DNA of 64,000 nucleotides. Origin: Octopus vulgaris (Eukaryota). Shown here in pieces: positions 63,918 to 64,000 of the stretch; the first letter of the stretch is position 1, and the number at the start of each line of letters is the position of its first letter. The position numbers were made by a program, and so were the translations under genes. The stretch is taken from contig OX597838.1 in the NCBI GenBank assembly GCA_951406725.2, positions 8,928,001 through 8,992,000 of the forward strand, given 5' to 3'. A model generated the notes under the pieces. It did no database searches. It saw only the letters and a program-made list of their open reading frames with translations, and was not told where the DNA came from.

Positions 63918-64000
63918 CATCATCATCATTATTATTGTTATTATTATTATTATTATTATTATCATCATCATTATTATTATTATTATTATTATCATCATTA
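63415..64000. repeat. (ATT/ATC)n microsatellite, >580 bp
   Basis: Read directly. Confidence 0.98.

Overview
Eukaryotic, AT-rich, microsatellite- and SINE-dense animal DNA; the repeat landscape looks like an octopus (coleoid cephalopod) genome (inference). Three spliced host genes can be reconstructed by hand: an IRF1/2-like transcription factor (+, 9 coding exons 6808-21100, ~255 aa), WDR25 (-, 5 coding exons 51294-43265, ~522 aa) and the first three coding exons of cytoplasmic tryptophanyl-tRNA synthetase WARS (+, from 56113, running off the window). WDR25 and WARS are head-to-head, as in human. Between IRF and WDR25 lies a ~17 kb nest of LINEs. A Dong/R4-type element is split by an 11.3 kb block made of ~3.4 tandem ~610-bp promoter-like monomers joined to a near full-length RTE LINE, whose RT carries an embedded PHD finger. 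A full-length Tx1/L1-clade LINE with a 16-bp TSD sits at the putative transcription start of monomer 1. Other signals are IRF/STAT/ETS-type motifs (one carried by the commonest SINE), two tandem arrays flanking the host genes, several inverted-repeat pairs inside introns, and local duplications. All calls were made by eye; no database searches were run.
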